From the NCBI GenBank assembly GCA_046566045.1, contig JBKHXL010000014.1:4917-68916 (forward strand): DNA of 64,000 nt, written 5' to 3'. Of this stretch, positions 46,169-55,870 are shown piece by piece. The position numbers were made by a program, and so were the translations under genes. The notes beneath the pieces are model-generated. The model was not told the DNA's origin, searched no databases, and saw only the letters and a list, made by a program, of their open reading frames with translations. The DNA comes from Candidatus Limnocylindria bacterium (lineage in GTDB: Bacteria > Chloroflexota > Limnocylindria > Limnocylindrales > CSP1-4). Each line of letters starts with the position of its first letter. The first letter of the stretch is position 1.

Positions 46169-49100
46169 ATGCCTGCCAGGCTCACGAGCGCGCGGTTCGT
46201 CGGGCGAGAGGATGCATTCGGGACGCTTGCGTCCGTGCTCCGCTCGGCCGCCGCCGGCGATGCCGGCGCGCTGCTCATCGACGGCACGGCTGGCGCGGGG
46301 GCCACGCGCTTCATCGACGAGGCGGTGCGGCGGGTCGGCGCGCTCGAGACCCCGATGCTCGTCCTGCGCGGGAAGGTGCACGGCCGGGGCACGGACCGGC
46401 CCTACGGCCCCGTGGTCCGGGCCCTTCGCCCGGTCCTGGCGGACCTGCCGGACGACGACCTCGCGTTCGTGCTCGGGACCGCCTGGGACGAGTTCGCGCT
46501 GCTGCTCCCCGAGGTCGCCGCCAGGCTCGGAGCGGGCTCCACCTCCGGCCTGCGGACCGTCCCCGAGCGGCGGCAGGCGCGGCTGCTCGAGGGGATCCTG
46601 GGCGTCGTCGGTCGGCTGGCCGAGCATCGGCCGGTCCTGCTCGCCATCGAGGATCTCCATCGTGCGGACGGCGGTACCCGATCGCTCGTCGCCTTCCTCG
46701 CCAGGATCGCGCGACATCAGCGCCTGGCCGTGGTCGGCACCTATCAGGGGGACGCGGTCCGCCGCGACGACCCGTGGGCCGTCGACGTTCGTGCGCTCGA
46801 CGCCTCGGTCCGCCCGCCCGCGCACCTCACGCTCGGCCCGCTGGGCCGCGACGAGCTGGCCCGGCTGGTCGAGGCCATCGAGGGCGAGCGGCCGTCGGCC
46901 AGCGTCCTCGTCGTCGTGGTCGAGCGCTCGGGCGGCCGACCGCTCATGGCCGAGGAGCTGCTGGCCGCGCGCCGCGAACTGCCGACGGTGTCGCTCGCGG
47001 CTGCATTCCGCGACCTCGTGCTGGCCCGCCTCGCGGTCCGCTCGCCGGAATGCCGGCGGGTCGCCCGCCTGCTGGCGGCCGTCGGCAGGCCCATCGATCG
47101 CCGCACGCTGGCCGCGATCGCCGCCGCCTTCGAGGCGGATCGGCCGAGCGCCCCGCCGCGCTCCTCCTCGGGGCCCCGACGAGGCGACGGCGTGCTCGAC
47201 GCCGATCTCACGGCGGGTCTCGAGGAGGCCATCGAGCATGGCTTCGTGGTCGTCGACGGGCGGACCCTGGAGCTCCGCCACGAGCTCGTCGGCGAGGCGG
47301 TCGAGGCCGACCTGCTGCCGGCCGTGCGCGTGCGCCACCACCGGGCCGTGGCCCAGGCCCTCGCCGACGACCCGTTCATCGGGATCCACCACCATCGCCT
47401 GGCCCTCGACCCGGTCGCGGCCGGGCGCGCCGCGCTCGCGGCGGCCGGCGAGGCTGCCGGCGTGCACGCCCCCGACGACGAGCTGCGCGCGCTCGAGATC
47501 GCGATCGGGGTGACGGGCACGATCCCCGCGTCGGGCGGGCGGCGGCGCTCGGACGTCCTGCCCGGTGGGACCGGCGCGGCGGTCGAGCTCGGCACGCGGG
47601 CCGCCGAGGCGGCGTTCGCCGGCGGCCGGGTCCAGCGGGCCGTCGCGCACCTGGAGGCGGCCATCGCCACGACCGATCCGGCCGATCGTGTCCGGCTCGG
47701 GCTGATCCATGACCGGTTGGGCCAGTTCCGGCGCGTGGCCGGCGACGCCGACGGCGCCCTCCTGGCGCGCCGCCGGGCGGTGGACCTGGTGCCGCCCGGC
47801 CCGTCGGAGGCTCGGGCGCGAGTGGTCGCCGGTCTTGCCCAGGTGCGCATGCTCGACGGGAGGTTCGCCGACGCGGAACGCCTGGCCCGGGAGGCGATCA
47901 AGGTCGCCCGTGCGTGCGATCCGCCGGCGACGCTGTGGGAGCTCCACGCGACGACGACCCACGGCGTCATCCTCGGCTGGCGCGACGACCCCGACGCCGC
48001 CATCGCGACCCTGCGCCGGGCGATGGCCATGGCCGAGGCGCTGGGCGACATCGACGAGCGCTTCCGGGTCTACGCGAACCTGACGACCGTGCTCGACCTC
48101 GCCGGGCGCCACGAGGAGGCGGTCGCCGTGGCGGTCGAGGGCATCGAGGCGGCTCGCGTCGCGGGCGTGGAGGCGGTCTACGGCAACATCCTGCGCGGCA
48201 ACGCCGCCGATTCCCTGTACCTGCTCGGTCGCTGGCGCGAGGCCCAGGCGCTCAGCCTGACCGCCCTCGAGTGGCTGCCAGCCGGGGTCAACTTCCTGAA
48301 CACGATGGTCTCGCTGGCGACGGTCGAGATCGAGCTGTCGGCCGGCGAGTCCGCCGGACGCCTGCTCGGCCAGACCCTGCTCGAGCTCGAGGCGGTGCGT
48401 GACGCCCAGCAGGCCGTCCCGCTGCACCTCGCGGCGGCCTCGTTCGCCCTGTGGCGCGGCGACGTGGCCGATGCCCGACGTGCGACGGACCGGGCGTGGG
48501 CCCTGATGGGCGACACGGAGGACTGGATCCTGGCCGCGCGGGCCGCGGCCGCCGTCGTGGAGGTCGACGCGGTGGCGGCGGCGGCCTCCCAGCGTCGTCG
48601 AGACCTGGCCGGTCTGGCCGCCGCACGCGAGCGGGCCCAGCGGGTCCTCGAGGCGGCCGAGGCCATCGTGCGACGTCACGGCGTCGCCCCGAGCATCGGG
48701 TCACGACGCCTGGCGGATGCCTACCTCGCGACGGCGCGAGCGCACCGCCGACGCCTGGAAGGGCGCGACGATCCGGACGCCTGGGCGGACGTCGCCCGCT
48801 GCTGGGAGGGTCTCGGCATCCCGTACGAAGTCGCCCGCGCCCGCACGCGCGAGGCGGCCGCCCGGCTGGGGTCCGGCGCGGGTCGAGCGGGCCGCCCGCC
48901 CGCCAGGCCGCCGCTCCTGGAGGCGGTCGAGATCGCCCTCACCCTGGACGCCAGGCCACTGCTGCGGGCGCTGCGCGACCTCGCCGGCCGGGCGCTCATC
49001 GCGCTCCCGCCGGAGGTGGACGAACGGCTGCGGGCGCCGGATGACCGTGAGCGCCCGCTGGTCGGCGTCTTCGCGCCGGACGTCCGCCACGGGGCGAGCG

Positions 49101-49438
49101 GGTCGCGCTCGGTGCCGACGGGTGGATCGAGCGGCCACGGCACCACGGTCGCCTCGGCGGTCGCCGCCGCGGACTCGCCGGGGGCTGCCATCGTGCGGAC
49201 GGTCGTGGCGGCCGAGGAGGACCGGCCGCGGCGCGACACGTTCGGCCTGAGCGCGCGCGAGCGCGAGGTGCTGGCCGAGATCGCCCGCGGCCGGACGAAC
49301 CGCGAGATCGGCGAGCGGCTGTTCATCAGCCAGAAGACGGTCGGCGTCCACGTCGGCAACATCCTGAGCAAGCTCGGGGTGAGCGGTCGCGTGGAGGCGG
49401 CCACCGTGGCCATCCGCCTCGGCCTGACCGAGGACTGA
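46169..49438 (+). CDS. Large ATP-dependent LuxR-family transcriptional regulator (LAL/MalT-like: N-terminal AAA/NB-ARC, TPR-like middle, C-terminal LuxR HTH)
   Basis: 1089 aa. N-terminal P-loop-like LLIDGTAGAGATRF. C-terminal HTH LSAREREVLAEIARGRTNREIGERLFISQKTVGVHVGNILSKLGV. The upstream in-frame extension (45968..) is rejected. Confidence 0.8.
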   Translation: MPARLTSARFVGREDAFGTLASVLRSAAAGDAGALLIDGTAGAGATRFIDEAVRRVGALETPMLVLRGKVHGRGTDRPYGPVVRALRPVLADLPDDDLAFVLGTAWDEFALLLPEVAARLGAGSTSGLRTVPERRQARLLEGILGVVGRLAEHRPVLLAIEDLHRADGGTRSLVAFLARIARHQRLAVVGTYQGDAVRRDDPWAVDVRALDASVRPPAHLTLGPLGRDELARLVEAIEGERPSASVLVVVVERSGGRPLMAEELLAARRELPTVSLAAAFRDLVLARLAVRSPECRRVARLLAAVGRPIDRRTLAAIAAAFEADRPSAPPRSSSGPRRGDGVLDADLTAGLEEAIEHGFVVVDGRTLELRHELVGEAVEADLLPAVRVRHHRAVAQALADDPFIGIHHHRLALDPVAAGRAALAAAGEAAGVHAPDDELRALEIAIGVTGTIPASGGRRRSDVLPGGTGAAVELGTRAAEAAFAGGRVQRAVAHLEAAIATTDPADRVRLGLIHDRLGQFRRVAGDADGALLARRRAVDLVPPGPSEARARVVAGLAQVRMLDGRFADAERLAREAIKVARACDPPATLWELHATTTHGVILGWRDDPDAAIATLRRAMAMAEALGDIDERFRVYANLTTVLDLAGRHEEAVAVAVEGIEAARVAGVEAVYGNILRGNAADSLYLLGRWREAQALSLTALEWLPAGVNFLNTMVSLATVEIELSAGESAGRLLGQTLLELEAVRDAQQAVPLHLAAASFALWRGDVADARRATDRAWALMGDTEDWILAARAAAAVVEVDAVAAAASQRRRDLAGLAAARERAQRVLEAAEAIVRRHGVAPSIGSRRLADAYLATARAHRRRLEGRDDPDAWADVARCWEGLGIPYEVARARTREAAARLGSGAGRAGRPPARPPLLEAVEIALTLDARPLLRALRDLAGRALIALPPEVDERLRAPDDRERPLVGVFAPDVRHGASGSRSVPTGGSSGHGTTVASAVAAADSPGAAIVRTVVAAEEDRPRRDTFGLSAREREVLAEIARGRTNREIGERLFISQKTVGVHVGNILSKLGVSGRVEAATVAIRLGLTED

Positions 49439-49465
49439 GCGGCCCGTCGTTCGCTCCTGCCGCGG

Positions 49466-50422
49466 TCAGCCCTCGCCGCCACCCCAGCCCTGGACCGGGC
49501 CGGCCGGGGCTGTGGGACGGGCGCGCTGGAAGCGCGGCGCGATGCGGCGGTACGTCCAGCGGACGAGGAGCGCAAGCGCCACCAGGACGAGGATCACCGG
49601 GAGCCAGACGATCCCGAACCAGATCGCGCCGGACACGATGACCTGGCCCGCCTCGATCAGGGCGGCCGTCGCGCCGTCGACGTCCTTGGCCGGGTCCCAG
49701 TCCTTGGCGGTCTGCTGGACCTGCGCGATCTCGGTCCCGAACGTCGTCACGAGCGTGCCATAGGCGACCTGGTCCTCGAGCTGGGCTCGTTGCGCGTCGA
49801 TCCGCTCGATCTCGCCGCGGACCTCGGTGATCCGCGCCTGGACCTCGAGCAGGTCACTGACCTTGCCGGTGCCGCTCGCGATCTCGACGAGCACGGCCTC
49901 GCTGGCGCGCAGGTTCCGGAGTCGCGCCTCGAGATCCACGATCTGGCTGCCGACCTCGGTGGCCTGCGTCTCGCCGCCGACGACCCTGCTCGCGATGCCG
50001 CGCAAGGTGTCGACCGTCTCGTCCCAGCGCTCGGCCGGGATGCGATAGGTGATGGTCGCCACGGAGTATTGGTCGTCGTTGCGTTCGGACGAGGCCCCGA
50101 CGTAGCCGCCGACCGCGAGCACGGCGCTCCTGGCCCGGGCGAGGGCCCCCGCCAGGTCGTCCACGACGAGTTCGAGCGAGCCCGTGTACACGACCTTGAG
50201 GTCCTCGCGCAGCGGCGCCGAGAGCGGCGGTTGGTCGTCGCTTCGCCCCACGCCCTCGTCGACGGGCGGCGCCGGGGCGGCGCTCGGGGCGCCCTGGCCG
50301 CCGCCCTCGCCCACCGAGGGCGCGAGGGCCGCGCTGCCGGCACACCCGGCGACGAGCGCCGAGGCGACCGTGATCGAGATGAGGATGCGGAGCCAGCCGC
50401 TCCGCTGGACGAGCGTCGTCAT
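49466..50422 (-). CDS. DUF4349-domain lipoprotein
   Basis: Lipoprotein signal MTTLVQRSGWLRILISITVASALVAGC, a coiled-coil middle, and a C-terminal TM (GIVWLPVILVLVALALLV). ATG at 50422. Confidence 0.65.
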   Translation of the reverse strand: MTTLVQRSGWLRILISITVASALVAGCAGSAALAPSVGEGGGQGAPSAAPAPPVDEGVGRSDDQPPLSAPLREDLKVVYTGSLELVVDDLAGALARARSAVLAVGGYVGASSERNDDQYSVATITYRIPAERWDETVDTLRGIASRVVGGETQATEVGSQIVDLEARLRNLRASEAVLVEIASGTGKVSDLLEVQARITEVRGEIERIDAQRAQLEDQVAYGTLVTTFGTEIAQVQQTAKDWDPAKDVDGATAALIEAGQVIVSGAIWFGIVWLPVILVLVALALLVRWTYRRIAPRFQRARPTAPAGPVQGWGGGEG

Positions 50423-50561
50423 GGTGGTCCCCACCTTCGCGCTTCGATCCGCACGCGATGTCGCGCGTGCTCGGGGCCGCTCGCGGGCGGCGCTGACGGG
50501 ACGCAAGCCAGGTGATGCCGGTTCCGCGGCGGCGGCATCATACCGCCCGCGGGCGCGAAGC

Positions 50562-51317
50562 CTACGAGGTGCTCGGGTCCTCCAGCGCGATGCGGATGCG
50601 CTTGTTGATGCGGCCCTTGGACTCGTAGCCGGTGACGCGGATCCGGCCGACCTCGGACGTGTTCGAGACGTGCGTGCCGCCGTCAGCCTGGAGGTCGAGC
50701 CCGACGATCTCGATCGTGCGGATGACGTCGATCCCGGCCGGCAGCAGGTTCACCTTCGTCCGGATGAGGTCGGGGATGGCGAATGCCTCGTCGCGCGGCT
50801 TGAAGTCCACGCGGACCTCGCGGCCGGCGGCGAGCTCGGTGTTGACGGCGGCTTCGATGGCGTCGACGAGGTCGCCGCCCATGCGCTCGAACTCGAAGTC
50901 CATGCGCCCGCTGCCGGGTTCCATGTTGCCGCCGGTCACGAGGGCCCCGTAGTCCCTCCAGACCACACCGCACAGGGCGTGGAGCGCGGTGTGCGTGCGC
51001 ATCAGCGCCAGACGGCGTGCGGCGTCGAGATCGATCCGCACGGCGTCACCGACGGCCGGAGGGTCCCCGTCGGTCGGCTCGAGCTCGTGGACGATGTCGC
51101 CGTCCACCTTGCGCGCGCCGCGGATCGTCCAGGTCCGCCCGTCACCGGCCCGCAGGATGACGCCGCGGTCCGACGGCTGTCCACCACCACCGGGGTAGGC
51201 GACCGTCCGGTCGAGGACGACGAGCGTCGCGTCCCCGACCTCGACGTGGCGGACCGACGCCTCCGTCGAGAACGCGTACGCGTCCGTGTAGCAGAGCTGG
51301 TCGCCGGGCTGGGTCAT
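50562..51317 (-). CDS. AlaX-like alanyl-tRNA editing protein (AlaRS second additional domain / editing domain homolog)
   Basis: 251 aa with the Zn-binding motifs HTALHAL and the CGGTH-equivalent (DGGTHVSNTSEVG) characteristic of AlaX/ThrRS editing domains. Confidence 0.75.
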   Translation of the reverse strand: MTQPGDQLCYTDAYAFSTEASVRHVEVGDATLVVLDRTVAYPGGGGQPSDRGVILRAGDGRTWTIRGARKVDGDIVHELEPTDGDPPAVGDAVRIDLDAARRLALMRTHTALHALCGVVWRDYGALVTGGNMEPGSGRMDFEFERMGGDLVDAIEAAVNTELAAGREVRVDFKPRDEAFAIPDLIRTKVNLLPAGIDVIRTIEIVGLDLQADGGTHVSNTSEVGRIRVTGYESKGRINKRIRIALEDPSTS

Positions 51318-51348
51318 CTCGCTCCGCGGGTCCGCCGGCTGCCGGGCA

Positions 51349-51858
51349 TCAGCCGCCGACGGTCAGCGTGCCGACCATGTTCGGATGGACCGTGCACAGG
51401 AACTGGTAGGTGCCGGCGGCGAGCGCGGGGACGTCGTAGGTCCGGGTCTCGACGCCGTTGAAGATGTCGCCCAGGAAGACACTCGCGCCGGCGCCGTCCC
51501 GGATCTCGACGTTGTGCGGGATCCCTGCGTCGTTGTTGGCGAAGCGGATCTGGAACGGCTGGTCGGCCGGAGCGCTGAGCGCGTCGGTGTCGAACGCGAT
51601 GTTCAGCGCCGCGATGTCGAGGACGGCGACGTCGCCGGACGGGGCGGCGGACGGCTCACCCGTGGGCGCGTCGGAGGCGGGTGCGCTCGGCTCGGCGCTC
51701 GGCTCGGCGCTCGGCTCCGCCGACGGCTCGACGCTCGGTGGTGGGGTGATCGACGGCGCCGGCGCGTAGGTCCAGCCGGGGGTGGAGCCGGCGCAGGCGG
51801 CGACCGCGACGGCGGCCGCGAGGAGCAGGGCGAAGGGAAGCAGGCGGGCGGGTCGCAT
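51349..51858 (-). CDS. Cupredoxin (type-1 blue copper, plastocyanin/azurin-like) lipoprotein
   Basis: Lipoprotein signal MRPARLLPFALLLAAAVAVAAC. An (EPSA)n linker is encoded by 12-15-bp tandem repeats at about 51690-51735. The copper ligand motif is HNVEI ... CTVHPNM. Confidence 0.8.
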   Translation of the reverse strand: MRPARLLPFALLLAAAVAVAACAGSTPGWTYAPAPSITPPPSVEPSAEPSAEPSAEPSAPASDAPTGEPSAAPSGDVAVLDIAALNIAFDTDALSAPADQPFQIRFANNDAGIPHNVEIRDGAGASVFLGDIFNGVETRTYDVPALAAGTYQFLCTVHPNMVGTLTVGG

Positions 51859-52071
51859 GGACGGTGGAACCTCGTGTGGTGGCGTGGATGGCCGCGCTCG
51901 TGGTGTCCACCGGAATCTACCGCGAACGACGTGGATGAGCCGGCACCAGTACCAGGGACCCAGGACCCCCCGGTACCATCGTCCGGATTGTCGGATGGAC
52001 GGATGGCCCACTAGGCTCACGGTCCGCTTCTGGAGCGCCGCCCATGGCCTCCTGTCACCGGAGCCGATGAC

Positions 52072-52170
52072 ATGCATTCGACCCTCGCCTTCCGCCTCTG
52101 GCGCCTCGCCGTCACGATCGGCCCCCTCGTGGCCATCGCCCTGACCCTCGCCGCGGGCCGTCGCTGGTAA
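52072..52170 (+). CDS. Candidate small ORF encoding a 32-aa single-TM peptide (MHSTLAFRLWRLAVTIGPLVAIALTLAAGRRW), absent from the ORF track
   Basis: ATG preceded by GGAG about 9 nt upstream. A hydrophobic helix is flanked by basic residues, and the ORF ends with TAA. It lies in a 427-bp gap between the cupredoxin and ybaK-like genes. Confidence 0.3.
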   Translation: MHSTLAFRLWRLAVTIGPLVAIALTLAAGRRW

Positions 52171-52285
52171 CGACCACACCATGACCGATCCCTGGCCGGA
52201 GCCCATCCGGTCGGGGACCGTCCTCATTCGAGACCCGGAGACCTCCCTCCGGGTCTCGTCATGTCCGGGGCGGTAGCATCCGCCG

Positions 52286-52774
52286 ATGAGCGACGCACCG
52301 AGCACCCCGGCCATCGACGCGCTGTCCGCCGCCGCGATCCCGTTCCGCGTCGTGCGCACCGAGCGCGCGTCGAGCGCCGAGCACAGCGCCGAGCTCCAGG
52401 GCATCCCCGTCGGTGCGCTGCTGCGCACGCTCGTGGTCCGCCGCGGCGACGACGACTACGTGTTCGTGCTCGTGCCGGCCGGCCGCCGGTTCGACTGGCC
52501 CCGGCTGCGGGCGCACCTCGGCGTGCGCCGCCTGACCCTGCCCGACGCCGAGGAAGCCCGCCTCGCGACGGGCTACGAGCGCTACACCATCACCCCATAC
52601 GGCGCCGCGCGGGCGTGGCCGGTCATCGTCGACGCGGCGACGCTCGAACACGAGGTCGTGGCCGTCGGCGGCGGCGACTTCGGGGTCAACGTGCACCTCG
52701 CGCCGGCCGACCTGGTGGCGAGTCTCGCCGCCGAGATCGTGGACGTGTCCGGGCCGGAACCCGGATCGGCCTGA
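52286..52774 (+). CDS. YbaK/EbsC-family aminoacyl-tRNA deacylase (trans-editing factor)
   Basis: 162 aa. The YbaK-domain sequence is recognisable (SAAAIPFRVVRTERASSAEHSAELQGIPVGALLRTLVV ... ITPYGAARAWPVIVD). Confidence 0.75.
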   Translation: MSDAPSTPAIDALSAAAIPFRVVRTERASSAEHSAELQGIPVGALLRTLVVRRGDDDYVFVLVPAGRRFDWPRLRAHLGVRRLTLPDAEEARLATGYERYTITPYGAARAWPVIVDAATLEHEVVAVGGGDFGVNVHLAPADLVASLAAEIVDVSGPEPGSA

Positions 52775-52826
52775 GGGCGCGATCCCGGCTGGCGTTCGCC
52801 GACGCCGATGTGGCACGATCGAGGCC

Positions 52827-53957
52827 ATGGCCCGAGTCCCCACGCCGACGATCGCCTTGCCGGTGCTCGCCTCGCCCCTGATCCGTCGTGTCGCGTGGCA
52901 CATCCGGCGCGTCGGCGGCCAGCTCGATCGGCGGTTCTTCCTGTCGCTGGCCCAGGGCATCATCGCCTTCGTCGCCGTCGCGGCGCTCGTGATCACCCTG
53001 CTCGAGAAGCCGTGGACGTTCGAATCGGTGTTCGACTCGTTCAACTGGGGCATCGCCACGGTGCTCGGCCAGGGAGACTCGACGTTCGTCACCTCCCCGG
53101 CCGGGCGGATCGTCGGCTGGCTGCTCATCCTGTTCGGCGTCGCCATGCTCGGCATGATCACCGGCGCCCTCGTCGCGATGGTCATCGACTTCCTGCTCAA
53201 GGAGGGCCAGGGTTTGGGTGCATCCGGGTATAGGGACCACATCGTCGTGTGCGGCTGGAACAGCACTGCGCGCGACCTGATCGCCGAGCTGCGCGGCGAC
53301 GACTATCGGCACAAGGTCGTCCTCATCGCCGACCTCGACAAGAACCCGGCCGGTGACGGCGTGTACTTCGTGCGCGGCGACGCCACGAGCGAGGAGGACC
53401 TGCTGCGCGCCGGCCTCCGGGAGGCCTCGGTCGCCCTCATCTTCCCGCGCGACCGCTCCGACGACGCCGACATGCGCTCGATCCTGACGGTCATGGCCAT
53501 CGAGCACACCGCGCCGGGGGTGCGCACCGTGGCCGAGGTCAACAACCCCAAGCACGAGGCTCACTTCCGGCGGGCCGACGTCAACGAGCTGCTGGTCACA
53601 TCGAAGGTCTCCGCCCACCTCCTGGCGCGGACGGCCCTGTACCCGGGCCTCAGTTCGATCGTGACCGACATCGTGTCCGGCGGCGAGGGGTCGGAGCTGT
53701 ATCGCATCGGGCTGCCGGACGACTTCATCGGCCTGTCGATCGACGCCGTCGCGGCGCGCCTGCGGACCGAGCACCGGGCCACGCTCCTGTCGGTCAACCG
53801 CGGCGGGCACGCCTTCGTCAACCCGCCCGCCGACTTCGTGCTGCAGGCCGGTGACGACGCGATCGTCGTCGCCGAATCGCTCGGCACGCTCGCCCCGCTG
53901 GTGATCGGCGACGTCCTGGCCGCGCCGCGCACCGCCGCGGTGGTGCCGAGCGCCTGA
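52827..53957 (+). CDS. Potassium/ion channel family protein with TrkA-N (RCK) regulatory domains
   Basis: N-terminal 2-TM pore module with the filter-like sequence IATVLGQGDSTF, then HIVVCGWNSTARDLIAEL (Rossmann RCK) and a second RCK_C domain. Confidence 0.75.
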   Translation: MARVPTPTIALPVLASPLIRRVAWHIRRVGGQLDRRFFLSLAQGIIAFVAVAALVITLLEKPWTFESVFDSFNWGIATVLGQGDSTFVTSPAGRIVGWLLILFGVAMLGMITGALVAMVIDFLLKEGQGLGASGYRDHIVVCGWNSTARDLIAELRGDDYRHKVVLIADLDKNPAGDGVYFVRGDATSEEDLLRAGLREASVALIFPRDRSDDADMRSILTVMAIEHTAPGVRTVAEVNNPKHEAHFRRADVNELLVTSKVSAHLLARTALYPGLSSIVTDIVSGGEGSELYRIGLPDDFIGLSIDAVAARLRTEHRATLLSVNRGGHAFVNPPADFVLQAGDDAIVVAESLGTLAPLVIGDVLAAPRTAAVVPSA

Positions 53958-54091
53958 CGGACCGCGCGCCGGGCGGGTCTCCCCGCGCGCCGCCCCGGCG
54001 CCAGCGCGTGCATCCCGGACGAACGAGGCAGTCGCCGACCCGAGGGTCGATGGCGCTGGCCGGTCGCGCTGCGCGTCGGAGAGTCGAGCGG

Positions 54092-55534
54092 CTAGAGGCC
54101 CTTGACCGCCGCGATGAGCGCGGCCAGGCCCTCCTTGGCGTCGGCGAAGAACATGCCCGTCTTGTCGTTCGTGTACAGCTCGTTGTCGATGCCGGCGTAG
54201 CCGCGGCCCATCGACCGCTTCATGACGACGATCGACTTCGCCTGGTCCACGTCCAGGATGGGCATGCCCGACACCGGGGAGCCGGGTCGACGCGCGGCCG
54301 GGTTCGTGACGTCGTTGGCGCCGATGACCAGGGCGACGTCGCAGCGCGGGAACTCCGGGTTGATGTCCTCCATCTCCTTGAGCTGGGGGTAGGGGACGTT
54401 GGCCTCGGCCAACAGCACGTTCATGTGCCCCGGCATCCGGCCGGCGACCGGGTGGATGGCGTACTTGACCTCGACGCCCTTCTCCTCGAGGAGTTCGGCC
54501 AGCTCGCGCACGGCGTGCTGGGCCTGGGCGACGGCCAGGCCGTAGCCCGGCACGACGATGACGTTCTGCGCGTAGGCAAGCTGGATGGCGACGTCGTCGA
54601 CGCCGACGGACCGGACGGACCCGCCACCCTCGACCGCGCCACCCGCCTCGCCGTCGCCACCGCCGAATCCGCCGATCATGATGTTCATGACCGACCGGTT
54701 CATGGCGTCGGCCATGAGCTTGGTCAGGATCGCGCCCGACGCCCCGACGAGGGCACCGGCGATGATCAGCACCTCGTTGGCGATCACGAAGCCGGCCATC
54801 GCGACGGCCGTGCCGGTGAACGAGTTGAGGAGCGAGATCACGACCGGCATGTCGGCCCCGCCGATGGGCAGGGTCATGGTCACGCCGAACACGAGCGCCG
54901 CCGCCAGGATCAGCAGCATGAGCGCGAGGCTGGGCGTGCCGGTGACGAACAGGGCGAGCGCGGCGACGACGGTGACCGCCGCCAGGGCGATGGTCACGAG
55001 CTGGCCGCCGGGCACGTAGATCGGCTTGCCCGGGATCAGGCCCTGGAGCTTGCCCGAGGCGACGATCGAGCCGGTGAAGGTGACCGACCCGATGTTGATG
55101 TCGAGCACGATGAAGATGTGGATATCGATCCGGACGGCGGTCCCCGTCTCGAGCAGATGCAGGTACTCGGCGATGCCGATCAGCGCGGCGGCGCCACCGC
55201 CGACGGCGTTGAACACCGACACGAGCTGCGGCATCGCGGTCATCTTCACGACCCGGGCCGTGTACAGGCCGAGTCCGCCACCGATGGCGGTGCCGACGAT
55301 GATGATCAACCACGTGACCGGGCGAACGCCCTCGGCCGACGGCGCCAGTAGCTCCTCGGCGAGGACCAGGACGGCCGTGGCCGCGACGGCCAGGGCCATG
55401 CCGGCGGCCGACAGCAGGTTGCCGCTGCGCGCGGTGGCGGGCGAGTTCATCTGGATCAGGCCCAGCACGAACGTGACCGCACCGCCCAGCCAGGCGAGGC
55501 GGACGAGGATCTCGATGATCTCCAGGGTGGTCAT
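54092..55534 (-). CDS. pntB: NAD(P) transhydrogenase subunit beta
   Basis: 480 aa with a polytopic N-terminal half. The C-terminal NADP(H)-binding domain III carries the motifs GYGLAVAQAQH and VIGANDVTNP. Confidence 0.9.
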   Translation of the reverse strand: MTTLEIIEILVRLAWLGGAVTFVLGLIQMNSPATARSGNLLSAAGMALAVAATAVLVLAEELLAPSAEGVRPVTWLIIIVGTAIGGGLGLYTARVVKMTAMPQLVSVFNAVGGGAAALIGIAEYLHLLETGTAVRIDIHIFIVLDINIGSVTFTGSIVASGKLQGLIPGKPIYVPGGQLVTIALAAVTVVAALALFVTGTPSLALMLLILAAALVFGVTMTLPIGGADMPVVISLLNSFTGTAVAMAGFVIANEVLIIAGALVGASGAILTKLMADAMNRSVMNIMIGGFGGGDGEAGGAVEGGGSVRSVGVDDVAIQLAYAQNVIVVPGYGLAVAQAQHAVRELAELLEEKGVEVKYAIHPVAGRMPGHMNVLLAEANVPYPQLKEMEDINPEFPRCDVALVIGANDVTNPAARRPGSPVSGMPILDVDQAKSIVVMKRSMGRGYAGIDNELYTNDKTGMFFADAKEGLAALIAAVKGL

Positions 55535-55537
55535 CGC

Positions 55538-55870
55538 CTACGCCTCCGCCTGGTCGGCCGCCGGCTTGGGGGCGACGGGCTTCTTGCGGAACATCTGGAG
55601 CATCCGGTCGGTGACGACGTAGCCGCCCACGACGTTCATCGCCGAGAACGCCACGGCGACGAGCGCGATGAGCTGGCTGATCGGGTCCTCGGCCTCCGCG
55701 GCGATGAGCATCGCGCCCACGAGCACGATGCCGTGGATCGAGTTGGCCCCCGACATCAGCGGGGTATGGAGGGTCGCCGGCACCTTGCTGATGACCGCGA
55801 ACCCGACGAGGATGGCGAGGGTGAAGACGGTCAGCGATTCGAGCAGACCCTTGATCTCTTCGGGGCTCAT
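55538..55870 (-). CDS. pntAB: NAD(P) transhydrogenase subunit alpha part 2 (membrane part)
   Basis: 110 aa with 3 TM helices (MSPEEIKGLLESLTVFTLAILVGFAVISKVP...). ATGA overlap with the pntAA stop. The 521-aa track ORF is rejected. Confidence 0.85.
   Translation of the reverse strand: MSPEEIKGLLESLTVFTLAILVGFAVISKVPATLHTPLMSGANSIHGIVLVGAMLIAAEAEDPISQLIALVAVAFSAMNVVGGYVVTDRMLQMFRKKPVAPKPAADQAEA

Noticed and set aside
46157-48679. 840-aa minus-strand ORF inside the LuxR/LAL regulator gene
   Set aside because: Antisense shadow. The plus strand encodes a coherent AAA-TPR-LuxR architecture.
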